A stretch of 64,000 nucleotides of DNA from a virus (Duplodnaviria; Caudoviricetes): the IMG/VR virus record IMGVR_UViG_3300005673_000057, positions 1 through 64,000 of that record; one strand, 5' to 3'. The position numbers and the translations under genes were made by a program. The notes beneath the pieces are model-generated. The model ran no database searches and was not told where the DNA came from. It saw nothing but the letters and a program-made list of their open reading frames with translations. Shown in pieces: positions 37,561 through 46,763 of the stretch (positions are counted from its first letter, which is position 1; the number at the start of each line of letters is the position of its first letter).

Positions 37561-37922
37561 TGCGCTATGCCATTGCGGTGATGCTGTGGCTCTTGATGCC
37601 CGCAAGTGCGCAGGAATTACATCACCACGAGGGCATGACTGAGGCTGTTGACCGTTTCTATAGTTACTGGCTCCAGCCGAATAATGGCAACAGGCGGCAT
37701 ACTGGCTGCTGCAATCGGATTGATTGCTACCCCACTGAGACGAAGACGATTGGCGGAAACTGGTGGTTTATGCACCGGGAGACGCGCAGTTGGTTGCCTG
37801 TGCCAAGCAACAGGGTAGAGCACCTACAGCCCGATCCGAGAGAGAGCCCAGACGGGCGGTCCCATGTGTGCGCCCGGCCAGATGGGTATGTTTACTGTTT
37901 TGTAGCGGGGACAATGATATGA
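37560..37922 (+). CDS. secreted Cys-rich protein
   Basis: signal-peptide-like N-terminus (ASA-Q), CC...C...C...C. Confidence 0.7.
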   Translation: MRYAIAVMLWLLMPASAQELHHHEGMTEAVDRFYSYWLQPNNGNRRHTGCCNRIDCYPTETKTIGGNWWFMHRETRSWLPVPSNRVEHLQPDPRESPDGRSHVCARPDGYVYCFVAGTMI

Positions 37923-38149
37923 TCGAATATGTGGTCTTTTTTGTATTTCTGATCCTACAAGGTGCTCCAAAGCCCCTGACATTCGAGCATAAATTCGATA
38001 CTCTAGACGAGTGCCTCTTTGAGGTCAGGGAGATTTTGAAGCGCCCTCCCAACGATGTTACGACCAAGGGGGGTGTGCTACAGGCTGGTTGTGCGATAAA
38101 GATGGAGCCAGCGGTGAAGGGGGAAGCTACCGATGGCAAACTACCGTAG
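37919..38149 (+). CDS. small exported/membrane protein
   Basis: hydrophobic N-terminus, F.TLDEC...C pattern. Confidence 0.6.
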   Translation: MIEYVVFFVFLILQGAPKPLTFEHKFDTLDECLFEVREILKRPPNDVTTKGGVLQAGCAIKMEPAVKGEATDGKLP

Positions 38150-39209
38150 TCTGGTCCCTGGGGGCTTTTACTCCTCTCCAGATCATAGGGGTGAAGTCAA
38201 TCCCTCGATATGGTCCAATAATCCGGGTGCCATTAATGGCGATGCGGCATGGGTAAAGGGCGAGCCCGGCTTTGTCACGACTGTCAGGATTGGTGGCGGC
38301 AACCCCATCGCGGTCTTCGAGACCCCGGAGCAGGGGGTGGCACTCTGGTACAAGCTGATTCTGCGCTATCGGGCCGCTGGGGTGAAGACGCTTCAGGGCA
38401 TCGTCAACCGATACGGCGGCGGTCAGGACTATTCACAATATGTCAAGTTTGTGGTCAATAAGACCGGATATGCTGCCGGGAAGGAAATCGACCCTAACGA
38501 CTTGAATGTTATGCTGAATCTGGCCAATGCCATGTTCTGGTATGAGGCTGGCAAGGAAACGCCGGTTAAGGATGCCCAGATCATCTATGGCTTTCAGTTG
38601 GCTCAGGGGGTCAAGCGGCCAACGACCGAGGTCCCGAAGCCGAAGGACGCTGGCGGTCTATTAGAGACGATTCTGCGCATTTTGGGCTGGCCTTGGAATG
38701 GGCCCCTCAAAAAGAAGGAAAACGCGCCAGCGGGCAATTCTGGGGCTTCTGGGGGCACCCCACCGTGGCTGGCAACCATGCGGGAGATCACCGGGACCAA
38801 TGAGTACCCCGGCGGTGCGGACAATCCGACTATCCTAGAGTGGCGAAACTATATCGCGCAGAAATACCCGGAAATGGCCTCATATGTGGCAAATTATACC
38901 CATGACAGCATTCCGTGGTGCGGACTGACTGTTGCCTACTGCATGGCCAAAAATGGTATTCGGCCGGTCTTTGGCTCAGGCGATCTTAATCGCTTCCTGT
39001 GGGCCCAGGCATGGATGAAGTTTGGCGTGGCGTGTGAGCCCAAGTTGGGGGCGGTCATGGTCTTCACCCGGAATGGTGGGGGCCACGTTGCTCTTTATGA
39101 GGGTGAGGAAGGCAGCTACTATCTGATTCGTGGTGGGAACCAGTCGGATAGTGTAAATGTGACTCGGATGGCCAAGAGCAAGTTTACGGGGGCTCGCTGG
39201 CCAGCATAG
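38133..39209 (+). CDS. two-domain endolysin (lysozyme-like plus CHAP/TIGR02594-like)
   Basis: SNNPGAI...FETPEQG...IVNRY; IPWCGLTV...GGHV...GGNQSDSV. Confidence 0.8.
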   Translation: MANYRSLVPGGFYSSPDHRGEVNPSIWSNNPGAINGDAAWVKGEPGFVTTVRIGGGNPIAVFETPEQGVALWYKLILRYRAAGVKTLQGIVNRYGGGQDYSQYVKFVVNKTGYAAGKEIDPNDLNVMLNLANAMFWYEAGKETPVKDAQIIYGFQLAQGVKRPTTEVPKPKDAGGLLETILRILGWPWNGPLKKKENAPAGNSGASGGTPPWLATMREITGTNEYPGGADNPTILEWRNYIAQKYPEMASYVANYTHDSIPWCGLTVAYCMAKNGIRPVFGSGDLNRFLWAQAWMKFGVACEPKLGAVMVFTRNGGGHVALYEGEEGSYYLIRGGNQSDSVNVTRMAKSKFTGARWPA

Positions 39210-39219
39210 GGGGTAGGGG

Positions 39220-39549
39220 ATGGTTGGGCTCGCAATTAACGTCTTTCTGCTTGCTGTTGGCGCGTACATCGTTTGGACTTTCTCGCGGGAGTACAAGGAA
39301 GCCAAGGGGACGATGTGGGAGCGCGCACTAGAGGCATCGCGTGATAGCGCGGTTATCCTCTGGTCGAAACTGGTGATTGTCGGCACCGTCTTTGTGAATG
39401 GTGTCGCTTATCTGGCCAGTGCTCTGGATGCTGGCACGGTCGAGCAGATCAAGGTCTATCTTCCTGTGGAGTACGTTACCGGCTTCATTGTGGTGGTCAT
39501 GATCATCACAATCGTTGCCCGGCTACGCTCCATGCACGGCAATGACTGA
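39220..39549 (+). CDS. holin-like membrane protein
   Basis: three hydrophobic segments, directly after endolysin. Confidence 0.55.
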   Translation: MVGLAINVFLLAVGAYIVWTFSREYKEAKGTMWERALEASRDSAVILWSKLVIVGTVFVNGVAYLASALDAGTVEQIKVYLPVEYVTGFIVVVMIITIVARLRSMHGND

Positions 39550-39829
39550 CCTTATTACCCAGGGCCTGAATAATTGGCTGACCCACACCTGGGCCAGCTT
39601 CTACGATCCTTTTTACGCCTACATTGCCTTGGGCGTACTTATCATTCTCATCGCTACACTGATGGCGTGGTACTTCAGCATCTTGCGTCCCATTGCGGGA
39701 GCCATATTCGTCGGTGTCATTTCCTTTCTTGTCGGCATGCGCAAAGGGCAGCATGTCGAGAAAGATAGACAGGAAGCGAGAGGGGATAATAGAGATATCG
39801 AGCCATCTCGTGAGAGGTGGCCATGGTAA
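39542..39829 (+). CDS. membrane protein (lysis module)
   Basis: two hydrophobic segments then charged tail. Confidence 0.55.
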   Translation: MTDLITQGLNNWLTHTWASFYDPFYAYIALGVLIILIATLMAWYFSILRPIAGAIFVGVISFLVGMRKGQHVEKDRQEARGDNRDIEPSRERWPW

Positions 39830-40044
39830 GAGATCAGGACGATAATGGGGTACAGCGATCTTTAGGCCGGATTGAGTCAGGTGTGGACAGTCTAAAAGAC
39901 GATGTAGCCAAGCTAATATCGCAACTAGAAAAACATGATGAAAAGATTGGTGCCTTAGAGCGCAAGCAGCATTGGTATTCTGGATTTGCTGCCGCCATAG
40001 GGACTATTATTGGGATTGGGTCGGGACATTGGACTAGGTTCTGA
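39823..40044 (+). CDS. XhlA-like coiled-coil/C-terminal TM protein
   Basis: LGRIESGVDSLK coiled coil plus C-terminal hydrophobic helix. Confidence 0.55.
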   Translation: MVRDQDDNGVQRSLGRIESGVDSLKDDVAKLISQLEKHDEKIGALERKQHWYSGFAAAIGTIIGIGSGHWTRF

Positions 40045-40069
40045 CAATCCATAGGGTGGGAGAGTCTGA

Positions 40070-41017
40070 TTGAGTCATCCAAAGGGGACGGACGCCGAAG
40101 TGATGGAGTTAGTCCGTCGCTATGGCAAGACAGAGGCCGCCAAGCGTCTAGGCGTCCATATCAGGAATATTAATGCGAGGTGTCGGAACTTAGAGCAAAA
40201 GTACGGTCAGGACGTAACCCCTCCGCACCATAATTCCCATAATGCTCTTGCTACCTATCCCGGCGTTCTTCAATTCAATATCCAGTCTGGCTCAATCATC
40301 ATTGGCTCCGACGCTCATATAGAGCCGGGCCCCCCGTCTACCGCCATGCGGGCCTTCGTTCACTTCATCAAAGAGATGAAGCCGAAGTGCGTCATTCTAA
40401 ATGGCGACGTAATGGACTTCCCCAGAATATCAAAACATTCTCCGATAGGGTGGGAGAAGATGCCAGAGCCAGCCGCAGAAATAGAGGCGGCACAGGAGCA
40501 ATTGTACGAGATCGAAAAGGCTGCTGGCAGAGTGGAAAGAATATGGACCTTGGGCAATCATGATGCTCGTTTTGAATCGACATTGCATCGCTTAGCGCCA
40601 GAATATGCCCACATTAATGGCGTTCATCTCAAAGACCACTTTCCATTATGGTCACCTTGTTGGAGGGTGGATGTTAACAAAGACGTGGTGGTAAAGCACA
40701 GATTCAAAGGTGGTATTCATGCTACCCACAATAACGTCTTGTGGGGAGGCAAGAGCTTCATCACTGGGCACCTTCATTCTCTTCAAGTCCGGCCATTCAG
40801 TGACTATACAGAAAACATCAAATGGGGCGTCGATACTGGATGCTTAGCAGATGTCGGAGCCAGAGCTTTTCTTGATTATACCGAGGCAGGGCCCAAGAAT
40901 TGGCGTTCCGGCTTTGTTGTTTTGACCTTCCACAAGGGGGTCCTTCTTCAGCCAGAATTAGTCATAGTATATGACGACAACCATGTGCAGTTCCGAGGCA
41001 GTCTGATAAAGGTGTGA
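40070..41017 (+). CDS. calcineurin-like metallophosphoesterase with N-terminal HTH
   Basis: SDAH, NGDVMD, GNHD, THNN, GHLH motifs. Confidence 0.85.
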   Translation: MSHPKGTDAEVMELVRRYGKTEAAKRLGVHIRNINARCRNLEQKYGQDVTPPHHNSHNALATYPGVLQFNIQSGSIIIGSDAHIEPGPPSTAMRAFVHFIKEMKPKCVILNGDVMDFPRISKHSPIGWEKMPEPAAEIEAAQEQLYEIEKAAGRVERIWTLGNHDARFESTLHRLAPEYAHINGVHLKDHFPLWSPCWRVDVNKDVVVKHRFKGGIHATHNNVLWGGKSFITGHLHSLQVRPFSDYTENIKWGVDTGCLADVGARAFLDYTEAGPKNWRSGFVVLTFHKGVLLQPELVIVYDDNHVQFRGSLIKV

Positions 41018-41373
41018 GAATGCCAAAGCTAGTCATAACGCCAGAGATGATGGCTGCGGCCTATGATTATCTCGTAACCACGCCACCATTCTGTGATTGG
41101 AATCTGCCTGATAGCGAAGACGTTAGTTTTAAGGTATATCGTTCTATTAAGAATCGAGGTGATTGGTTCCGCATTGGCACCAAACACAGGATTCGCCTCT
41201 CATTGCATTATTGCAAATCCACGACTGCATTGATCGAGACAATGGCGCATGAATTAATACACGTACATGAAGATCATAATAATTGTTCAGGCAAGGGGGA
41301 GCACAGCGCGGCCTTCAAAGCATGGGCAAACGAAGTCTGCGAAATTCATGGCTGGGACCCCGCGCTATTCTAG
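41014..41373 (+). CDS. SprT-like zinc metalloprotease
   Basis: TMAHELIH (HExxH) and downstream HSAAFK. Confidence 0.8.
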   Translation: MRMPKLVITPEMMAAAYDYLVTTPPFCDWNLPDSEDVSFKVYRSIKNRGDWFRIGTKHRIRLSLHYCKSTTALIETMAHELIHVHEDHNNCSGKGEHSAAFKAWANEVCEIHGWDPALF

Positions 41374-41616
41374 CGGTCCAAAACAAGCCACTACCAAGAG
41401 CATGCCGATACAGATCATTACGGTAACAAGGAGAATTTCCATTGGTCTACTCCGAGAAGGATAAGTACATTTGTACTGTACGCAGTCAGGTTCGTGGTAG
41501 CGCCGATCTGATCGTAACCGATATCACGACAGGCGAGAGCCAAGTATGGCCGTTGCGCTGGCGTCAGCTACTCATGCTAAGTTACGAGTCGATAAAGGCG
41601 CTGGATAGTTGGCCGC

Positions 41617-41961
41617 TTAACGAGGTACGACAGTCCCATCAATTTTGCGCTTCCATTTTGAGCGACGAGAGCCCGGCATTGGAGGCCCCCGCTTCACCTT
41701 CAAGCCTAGATGTTTAGACCGTACACGGTTGGACTTCGCGATTTTGGGTATGTCTTCGGTTCCAGTTTTTCTATTGTGGCATGACAAGCAGAGGCAGGCG
41801 GCGTTGTCGAGTACAGGCTCACCGCCAAAAGCATCAGGCTTGATATGATCAAGGTGCCATTTACCAGGATAAAGAGTTGCCGTACATTCATCACATTTTC
41901 CTCCACATCTTTCCCAAGCTTGTAGCTTGGTCTTTTTACTAAATTCCTTGCGCCTAGTCAT
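41617..41961 (-). CDS. HNH endonuclease
   Basis: CGGKCDEC...LDHIKP...LCLSCHNRKT; C-terminal PMPGSRRSKWKRKIDG. Confidence 0.85.
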   Translation of the reverse strand: MTRRKEFSKKTKLQAWERCGGKCDECTATLYPGKWHLDHIKPDAFGGEPVLDNAACLCLSCHNRKTGTEDIPKIAKSNRVRSKHLGLKVKRGPPMPGSRRSKWKRKIDGTVVPR

Positions 41962-42478
41962 GACGAAGAAATTCTCCGTGAAGCTCTTCTCGAAATTCTT
42001 TGGCTAATTTTTCCGCTTCCTCAAGGGAGTTTGTTTTTGCTGTGAGCATCTTTCCATTCATGGCCACTTCTACGCGATATCCTGCTCGCCCTTTGATTGC
42101 GAACACTCCCTTCGGGAGCCCGTTCTTCCTTTTTTTGACTGAATTGCAACTATTCTGCCTTGGTGTTGCCAACCTTAGATTGTTAGCGCTGTTATCGGCA
42201 CGATCCTGATTAATGTGATCGATGTGCATTCTTTCTGGTATGATAGTTTGCCTAGAAATAATCCAAGCAATGCGATGAGCATAATGAAATTTCCCATCCA
42301 TCCTTAGTCCGATATAGCCATTTGGCTGCTTTTTGCCTGCTACATTGCCAGCATTTCTTGTATTATATACACGCCAGCCCTTATTGGTCTGGAAATGGCC
42401 GCGCGGTCTCTCCTTCCACCGAAGTAGACCACTATAAGGGTCATAGTCGAGGCGGCTTTCGTAATATTCCGGTGTCAC
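41954..42478 (-). CDS. HNH-AP2 homing endonuclease
   Basis: YAHRIAW, IDHINQDRADNSANNLRLAT, ELHGEF. Confidence 0.9.
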   Translation of the reverse strand: MTPEYYESRLDYDPYSGLLRWKERPRGHFQTNKGWRVYNTRNAGNVAGKKQPNGYIGLRMDGKFHYAHRIAWIISRQTIIPERMHIDHINQDRADNSANNLRLATPRQNSCNSVKKRKNGLPKGVFAIKGRAGYRVEVAMNGKMLTAKTNSLEEAEKLAKEFREELHGEFLRHD

Positions 42479-42562
42479 GGCCTAACTTTCTTACTAAATT
42501 CTTTACGTATCATTTGTTCCAATATTGCGTGCGCGCTTGACCAAGATCGTCCATCGGTGCCC

Positions 42563-42913
42563 TCAAGGCAGATATGTGATTACTTCGATGCCAGCCGCGC
42601 GTGCTTGGGCAACCATGTTGGTGGTGCCGTTCCGTCCGGGGAACGCCACGACCAGGTCGGGCTTACCCTCCACGATCATCCGCCGGTTGCGCCGGGGGCC
42701 GGCCGATTTTCCGTGTCGTTTCCAGTCAGCATTGAACTCCATCACGGGAATGTTGTGTCGCCGGGCGTAAGTATCGGCCAGCATGTCAGCGCCTTGAGCA
42801 TTGCCGTGGATAAGAACGTCGAACGGCTCTCGCGTCACCTGTAGCGCGGACAACAGTGTTGCGAGCGCACCGTAGTTGTCATAGTTCCTGCCGCCGCAGA
42901 CTAAGACTCGCAT
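42563..42913 (-). CDS. SLOG/YspA-like (DUF2493) protein
   Basis: VLVCGGRNY, LIHGNAQGAD, SAGPRRN, VVAFPGRNGT; start moved to Met after GAGGA SD. Confidence 0.85.
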   Translation of the reverse strand: MRVLVCGGRNYDNYGALATLLSALQVTREPFDVLIHGNAQGADMLADTYARRHNIPVMEFNADWKRHGKSAGPRRNRRMIVEGKPDLVVAFPGRNGTTNMVAQARAAGIEVITYLP

Positions 42914-42916
42914 CGT

Positions 42917-43368
42917 GGTCCTCATTGCCGCCATTCGGTTCAAGGCAGATATGTGCGGGGCTTCCCACCCCTGCTGGGGACTGAGGGGCGAACCCTCGTC
43001 CTCTGTCGGCTCGGAACGTTTCGTTGGCCGACCAACGGCGCAGACCCAACCGGCAGGTACTGCGCAACTTCCGTGGTGCTCATCACCGCCATGTGTGCCT
43101 AGTAGTTGAAGCAACGGCGTTGGTCTAATTGCGTCTGCCAATCGTCAGCTAGTTTGTAGACCTCCATGAGCTTTGTCATGTTCGGTCCATTGTTCTGGTC
43201 CGCGATCTTCCGAGCGTCCTCGCCCGGCATTACGAACACTGGATAGTCTGACCAATCGAATGTGTCGCAGACCACGATCATGTGGGTCGCACCCTTCTCT
43301 TGGCCTCGGTGAAGCCACTGCGTTATGTCGTCCCTGTTGGTTGCCATCTCGGTCCTCATTGCCGCCAT
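42917..43368. repeat. 18-bp direct repeat at gene starts (42917-42934 and 43351-43368)
   Basis: GGTCCTCATTGCCGCCAT exact twice; shorter variants at 43482 and 44027. Confidence 0.8.
43099..43347 (-). CDS. hypothetical protein
   Basis: MATNRDDITQWL...HMIVVCDTFDWSDYPV; GAGGA SD. Confidence 0.75.
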   Translation of the reverse strand: MATNRDDITQWLHRGQEKGATHMIVVCDTFDWSDYPVFVMPGEDARKIADQNNGPNMTKLMEVYKLADDWQTQLDQRRCFNY

Positions 43369-43759
43369 GGGCGACCGCAAAGGCCGCAGGTCGCCACTAG
43401 CCTCAGTTCCGCGTGGCAGGTCGGACAGACGCGCCCGAGCTTGATCCTGATCCAGCGTTTCAGTCGTCGCCACCACATATCGTCCTCATTACCGCGATTA
43501 GCGACAGGTACGCTTGGCTCTATACCACTTGAGCCAGCGCCCTATGGTCGGGCTTCGCGTTTTCCATTTCTTCCAGAGCTTCTTCATTCGAGCCACCCGA
43601 AGGCTTTCGCGAAAAACAGCGCGCTGGTCACCAGTAGCAGCACAGTTTGCGCATACCTGTGATACCCTCCATGGAAGTACGCACCGAACGCAGCAATCGC
43701 GCCGAAGCATCCGAAGAAACTTGCTAGACCAAATTGCAGCGTGGCCAACATCATTCTCC

Positions 43760-44023
43760 TCACCGCGAAATGTGATTTGGCTGCGGAGGCCAGCCCGTAT
43801 TCCCGGCAGAGCACGAGCGCAGCGTCTTGGAGAGACCTACCAGTGCAGCTTTGATGTCCCATCGTTCTGCCGGCAACAGTTCTGCGGCGGCTGCCACCAT
43901 CATGGCGTTCCAAAGCGCGTTGTCGCCTCGGATGAAAACACCCGGCCAGTCATCACCAAACTGCATCGGCCCCGTCTCCGGTCGCCCGGTCGGCAGTGGT
44001 GGTACCTGCGTGATCTCGGTCAT
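43760..44023 (-). CDS. hypothetical protein
   Basis: GAGGA SD; RPETGPMQFGDDWPGVFIRGDNA. Confidence 0.7.
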   Translation of the reverse strand: MTEITQVPPLPTGRPETGPMQFGDDWPGVFIRGDNALWNAMMVAAAAELLPAERWDIKAALVGLSKTLRSCSAGNTGWPPQPNHISR

Positions 44024-44052
44024 GTCGTCCTCATAAACGCCCTTTGAGAGCC

Positions 44053-44286
44053 TTACCCAAGCAACTTCTTGCGCTGTTGCTCGATAATGGCCTCTGCTCG
44101 TGAGTACATATCAAAATCCTTGATCTTACCAGTATCCGAATATGTACGGAGCTTGTAGTTGCCAGATTCATCCAGTACCACAATGACTATGGCCACTGGC
44201 TTATCCAGCTTCTTCTCGATCTCAGTAATGGCACTACGCGCATGTGCGGTCAGTGTGTCGTTGGTAGCAACCAGTTTAACGCTCAT
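44053..44286 (-). CDS. hypothetical protein
   Basis: GAGGA SD, 77 aa. Confidence 0.65.
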   Translation of the reverse strand: MSVKLVATNDTLTAHARSAITEIEKKLDKPVAIVIVVLDESGNYKLRTYSDTGKIKDFDMYSRAEAIIEQQRKKLLG

Positions 44287-44618
44287 ATCATCCTCATTTC
44301 TGCTCGTTTCGAGGCTTCTTGCCCCTGCTCCTCATGATACTTCATCTTGCAAAACTCCATGCGTATCTTCAAGAGATTCGCATGCTTACGCGCCGCTACG
44401 ATCTTCTCGATATGCTCTTGCCACTCCCGCGATGCCTTGACTGCCATCTCGGCCTTGTTGACGGCGATATCTCCCATCACGGCCATGCGCTGGGAGAGGA
44501 CGGCGCTGCGCGAATCCTCCAGTAAACTAGCAGCGGCCTCTGCGTCAGCCCATTGTTCCCCTATGATACGGAAGGTTTCGGACCATGGGAGTGTTTCATC
44601 TATTACAAATGGCTCCAT
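44283..44618 (-). CDS. helical protein, possibly UvsY-like recombination mediator
   Basis: all-alpha ~110 aa next to SSB-like gene; family call weak. Confidence 0.4.
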   Translation of the reverse strand: MEPFVIDETLPWSETFRIIGEQWADAEAAASLLEDSRSAVLSQRMAVMGDIAVNKAEMAVKASREWQEHIEKIVAARKHANLLKIRMEFCKMKYHEEQGQEASKRAEMRMI

Positions 44619-45064
44619 GTCTTCCTCGATTTTATTGCCGAGACTGTCTGTCTAGAAATGCCAAAGTCTACAGCAATGAGGTGGTGCCTTCTTTCGTCGT
44701 CTCGAATATTCTTGATATCTTCTGGGCGCAACTTGCTAAGTGGATGTTTCTCCCCCTTGCGGTCACCATTGCGACTTCGGCCTTTTTTCGCTCGGTCTCT
44801 CATATTCTCTAAATGAGAGCCCAAGAAAAGATGGTCTGGATTTACACAAATTGGATTGTCGCACTTATGACAAACACACGCACCAAGTGTGATCGGGCCA
44901 TTGACCTCCTGATATGCGATCCTGTGTGCAAGATAGCTCTTGTTCCCAATCCATATAATTCCATATCCATCACCCTGAATAGCTCTTTCCCATAGCCAGC
45001 ATCCAGAATTTGGCTCTGGAATGCAGTTATCAAAGAACTCTTCTTTTACCTTTCTGCGCTTCAT
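44603..45064 (-). CDS. HNH homing endonuclease with C-terminal HTH
   Basis: NSGCWLW, LAHRIAY, CHKCDNPICVNPDHLFLGS, SKL...FGISRQTV. Confidence 0.9.
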   Translation of the reverse strand: MKRRKVKEEFFDNCIPEPNSGCWLWERAIQGDGYGIIWIGNKSYLAHRIAYQEVNGPITLGACVCHKCDNPICVNPDHLFLGSHLENMRDRAKKGRSRNGDRKGEKHPLSKLRPEDIKNIRDDERRHHLIAVDFGISRQTVSAIKSRKTWSHL

Positions 45065-45066
45065 GA

Positions 45067-45546
45067 CTAAAACGGTATTTGGTCCCCATCCATATCGTCA
45101 TTGCCAAGCGGATCACGCTTCGGTGCCATTCCGCTTGATGCAGTCTTACCAGCAGGCACCAGCCCTCGCCGCCAGCCCATGCGTAGATTATTGGTGAGAA
45201 GTGCGATGCCCTCCGGGGAAGTATCAAGACTACCAGTGCCTGCAATGGCATTCATGACGCCGCAGACGAAGATGTTTTCCGATGTGGCTTCATCACGATT
45301 GCCGCCACTACCAGTATTCGATGGTACAGGTCCACCTAGCGCCTTGACGGTCTTAACGGTGTGGTATGTCTTGCCATTATAATCGCGGCTTTCGTAGGTG
45401 ATCTCGTACTTGCCGCCCTTCGAGAACTGACCAAGCATGGCGGGAGCTACGCCGTAATAGTCTCCACCATCGGTCTTGATATTGCCCTGCTTCTTGCCTT
45501 CTGCCGGGGGGTTTACGTAGGCAACAGTCACGGTGGCTGTGTTCAT
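45067..45546 (-). CDS. ssDNA-binding-like protein (probable)
   Basis: beta-rich N-terminus, acidic C-terminal DDMDGDQIPF tail. Confidence 0.5.
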   Translation of the reverse strand: MNTATVTVAYVNPPAEGKKQGNIKTDGGDYYGVAPAMLGQFSKGGKYEITYESRDYNGKTYHTVKTVKALGGPVPSNTGSGGNRDEATSENIFVCGVMNAIAGTGSLDTSPEGIALLTNNLRMGWRRGLVPAGKTASSGMAPKRDPLGNDDMDGDQIPF

Positions 45547-46277
45547 CTTATGACTTCCTCGATTGTGGCGACAACGCCTTCAGGTAGGTGTCCCGTGGCT
45601 TTGCGGAATGCGCGAGCCTCGCTCAGGATGGTCTTAATCAATGCCTCAGAGAGGCCCATTTCGTCAATGGCTTTATGCCAATTGTGGAGGACCAAGACTT
45701 CTTTATCTATGAGACTGATCGCTTTTTTGTAGCCACCAGTGACTTTGACGTGTGTGCCTTTCTCGGCGCGGGCTGCTTCCCTAACCGCTTTGTCATATTG
45801 TCCATACGATCTATCAGCCTCTTGAGTAGCCAAGGCGATATTGACCACCTCACCAGACTTAGCAGCCTCAATAGCTTCTTGTTCTCTGTCTTCTGCTTCT
45901 CTAGCTCGTCGCTCAGCCTCCTCAACTGCTCGTCGCTTGGCATCTGCTTCTGCTTCCCGGCGCTCTCTTTCCGCCTTGATGAAGGCTGCGATGCGCTCCT
46001 TGAGTAGGTCTGCAACCCGCCTGAGCGTCTCGCGTGGAGTTTTGTACCTCTCGTTGATCGCCTTGACTTGCTCATTGAGCGGCCTCACCTGTTTATCGCG
46101 TTCGGATTCTGCGTCGGCTATTGTGGACGTGGCACGGTCGATCAGTAGCTTGGCAGCACGGGCATCATCCTCAGTCTGAATGACCGGGTGATCCTCTAGA
46201 AATCTCCCGAGAGCCTCAGTCGTTTCTGCTGTAAATTCTAGAATGCTAGGAGGCGAATTGTGACCAATGGTGGTCAT
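45543..46277 (-). CDS. coiled-coil protein
   Basis: MTTIGHNSPP start with GGAGG SD; long E/A/R coiled coil. Confidence 0.7.
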   Translation of the reverse strand: MTTIGHNSPPSILEFTAETTEALGRFLEDHPVIQTEDDARAAKLLIDRATSTIADAESERDKQVRPLNEQVKAINERYKTPRETLRRVADLLKERIAAFIKAERERREAEADAKRRAVEEAERRAREAEDREQEAIEAAKSGEVVNIALATQEADRSYGQYDKAVREAARAEKGTHVKVTGGYKKAISLIDKEVLVLHNWHKAIDEMGLSEALIKTILSEARAFRKATGHLPEGVVATIEEVIR

Positions 46278-46432
46278 ATATGCCTCCATACAACTCTATT
46301 TACTACGTGTCGTACATGACGACGACTTATGCCGAATCTCTGGGCAATTTCCTTATGATCTACATCATTTGCATGTAGCCGACGTATTTCAGTGACACTA
46401 CTTTCCGTTAGCTTGGCATTTCCGTGTTTCAT
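46274..46432 (-). CDS. 52-aa standalone HTH protein (not in ORF track)
   Basis: MKHGNAKLTESSVTEIRRL...KEIAQRFGISRRHVRHVVNRVVWRHI; ATGA coupling to next gene. Confidence 0.7.
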   Translation of the reverse strand: MKHGNAKLTESSVTEIRRLHANDVDHKEIAQRFGISRRHVRHVVNRVVWRHI

Positions 46433-46438
46433 GACCAA

Positions 46439-46467
46439 GCCCTAACCCGCTTGGGGTCAGAAGTCAA
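46439..46467 (-). promoter_or_regulatory. sigma70-like promoter predicted to give a leaderless mRNA
   Basis: TTGACT-N17-TAGGGC with ATG 6 nt after the -10 hexamer; no SD. Confidence 0.5.
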
Positions 46468-46535
46468 GGACGAAAAGTGTTGCATTTTTGCCCACAGTGG
46501 GGTACGCCTTTAACCTGTATCAAAGAGGGAATGCC

Positions 46536-46724
46536 ATGAAGCTTGAGGAATATCTGATTAGAAATGCGCTGACAGATGAGGATTTTGCTCGGAAGATTGG
46601 GATCAGCAAGCACGCCGTCCGTAAGTACAAGTCCGGTGCGCGTGAGGTTCCAAGAAAATGGATTGTTCTGGAAATAGAGAAAAAGACCAAGGGGGAGGTT
46701 GCCCCCATAGACTGGTATCGCTAA
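46536..46724 (+). CDS. Cro/XRE-like HTH regulator
   Basis: MKLEEYL...DFARKIGISKHAVRKY..G.R.P...IEKKTKGEV..DW. Confidence 0.8.
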   Translation: MKLEEYLIRNALTDEDFARKIGISKHAVRKYKSGAREVPRKWIVLEIEKKTKGEVAPIDWYR

Positions 46725-46763
46725 ATATCGCACAGGGCTTCTGGAAGGGCTGGAACCGTAAGC

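Noticed and set aside
42911-44035. Possible CRISPR-like array
   Set aside because: Only two exact 18-bp copies, spaced by genes of over 400 nt; no cas genes
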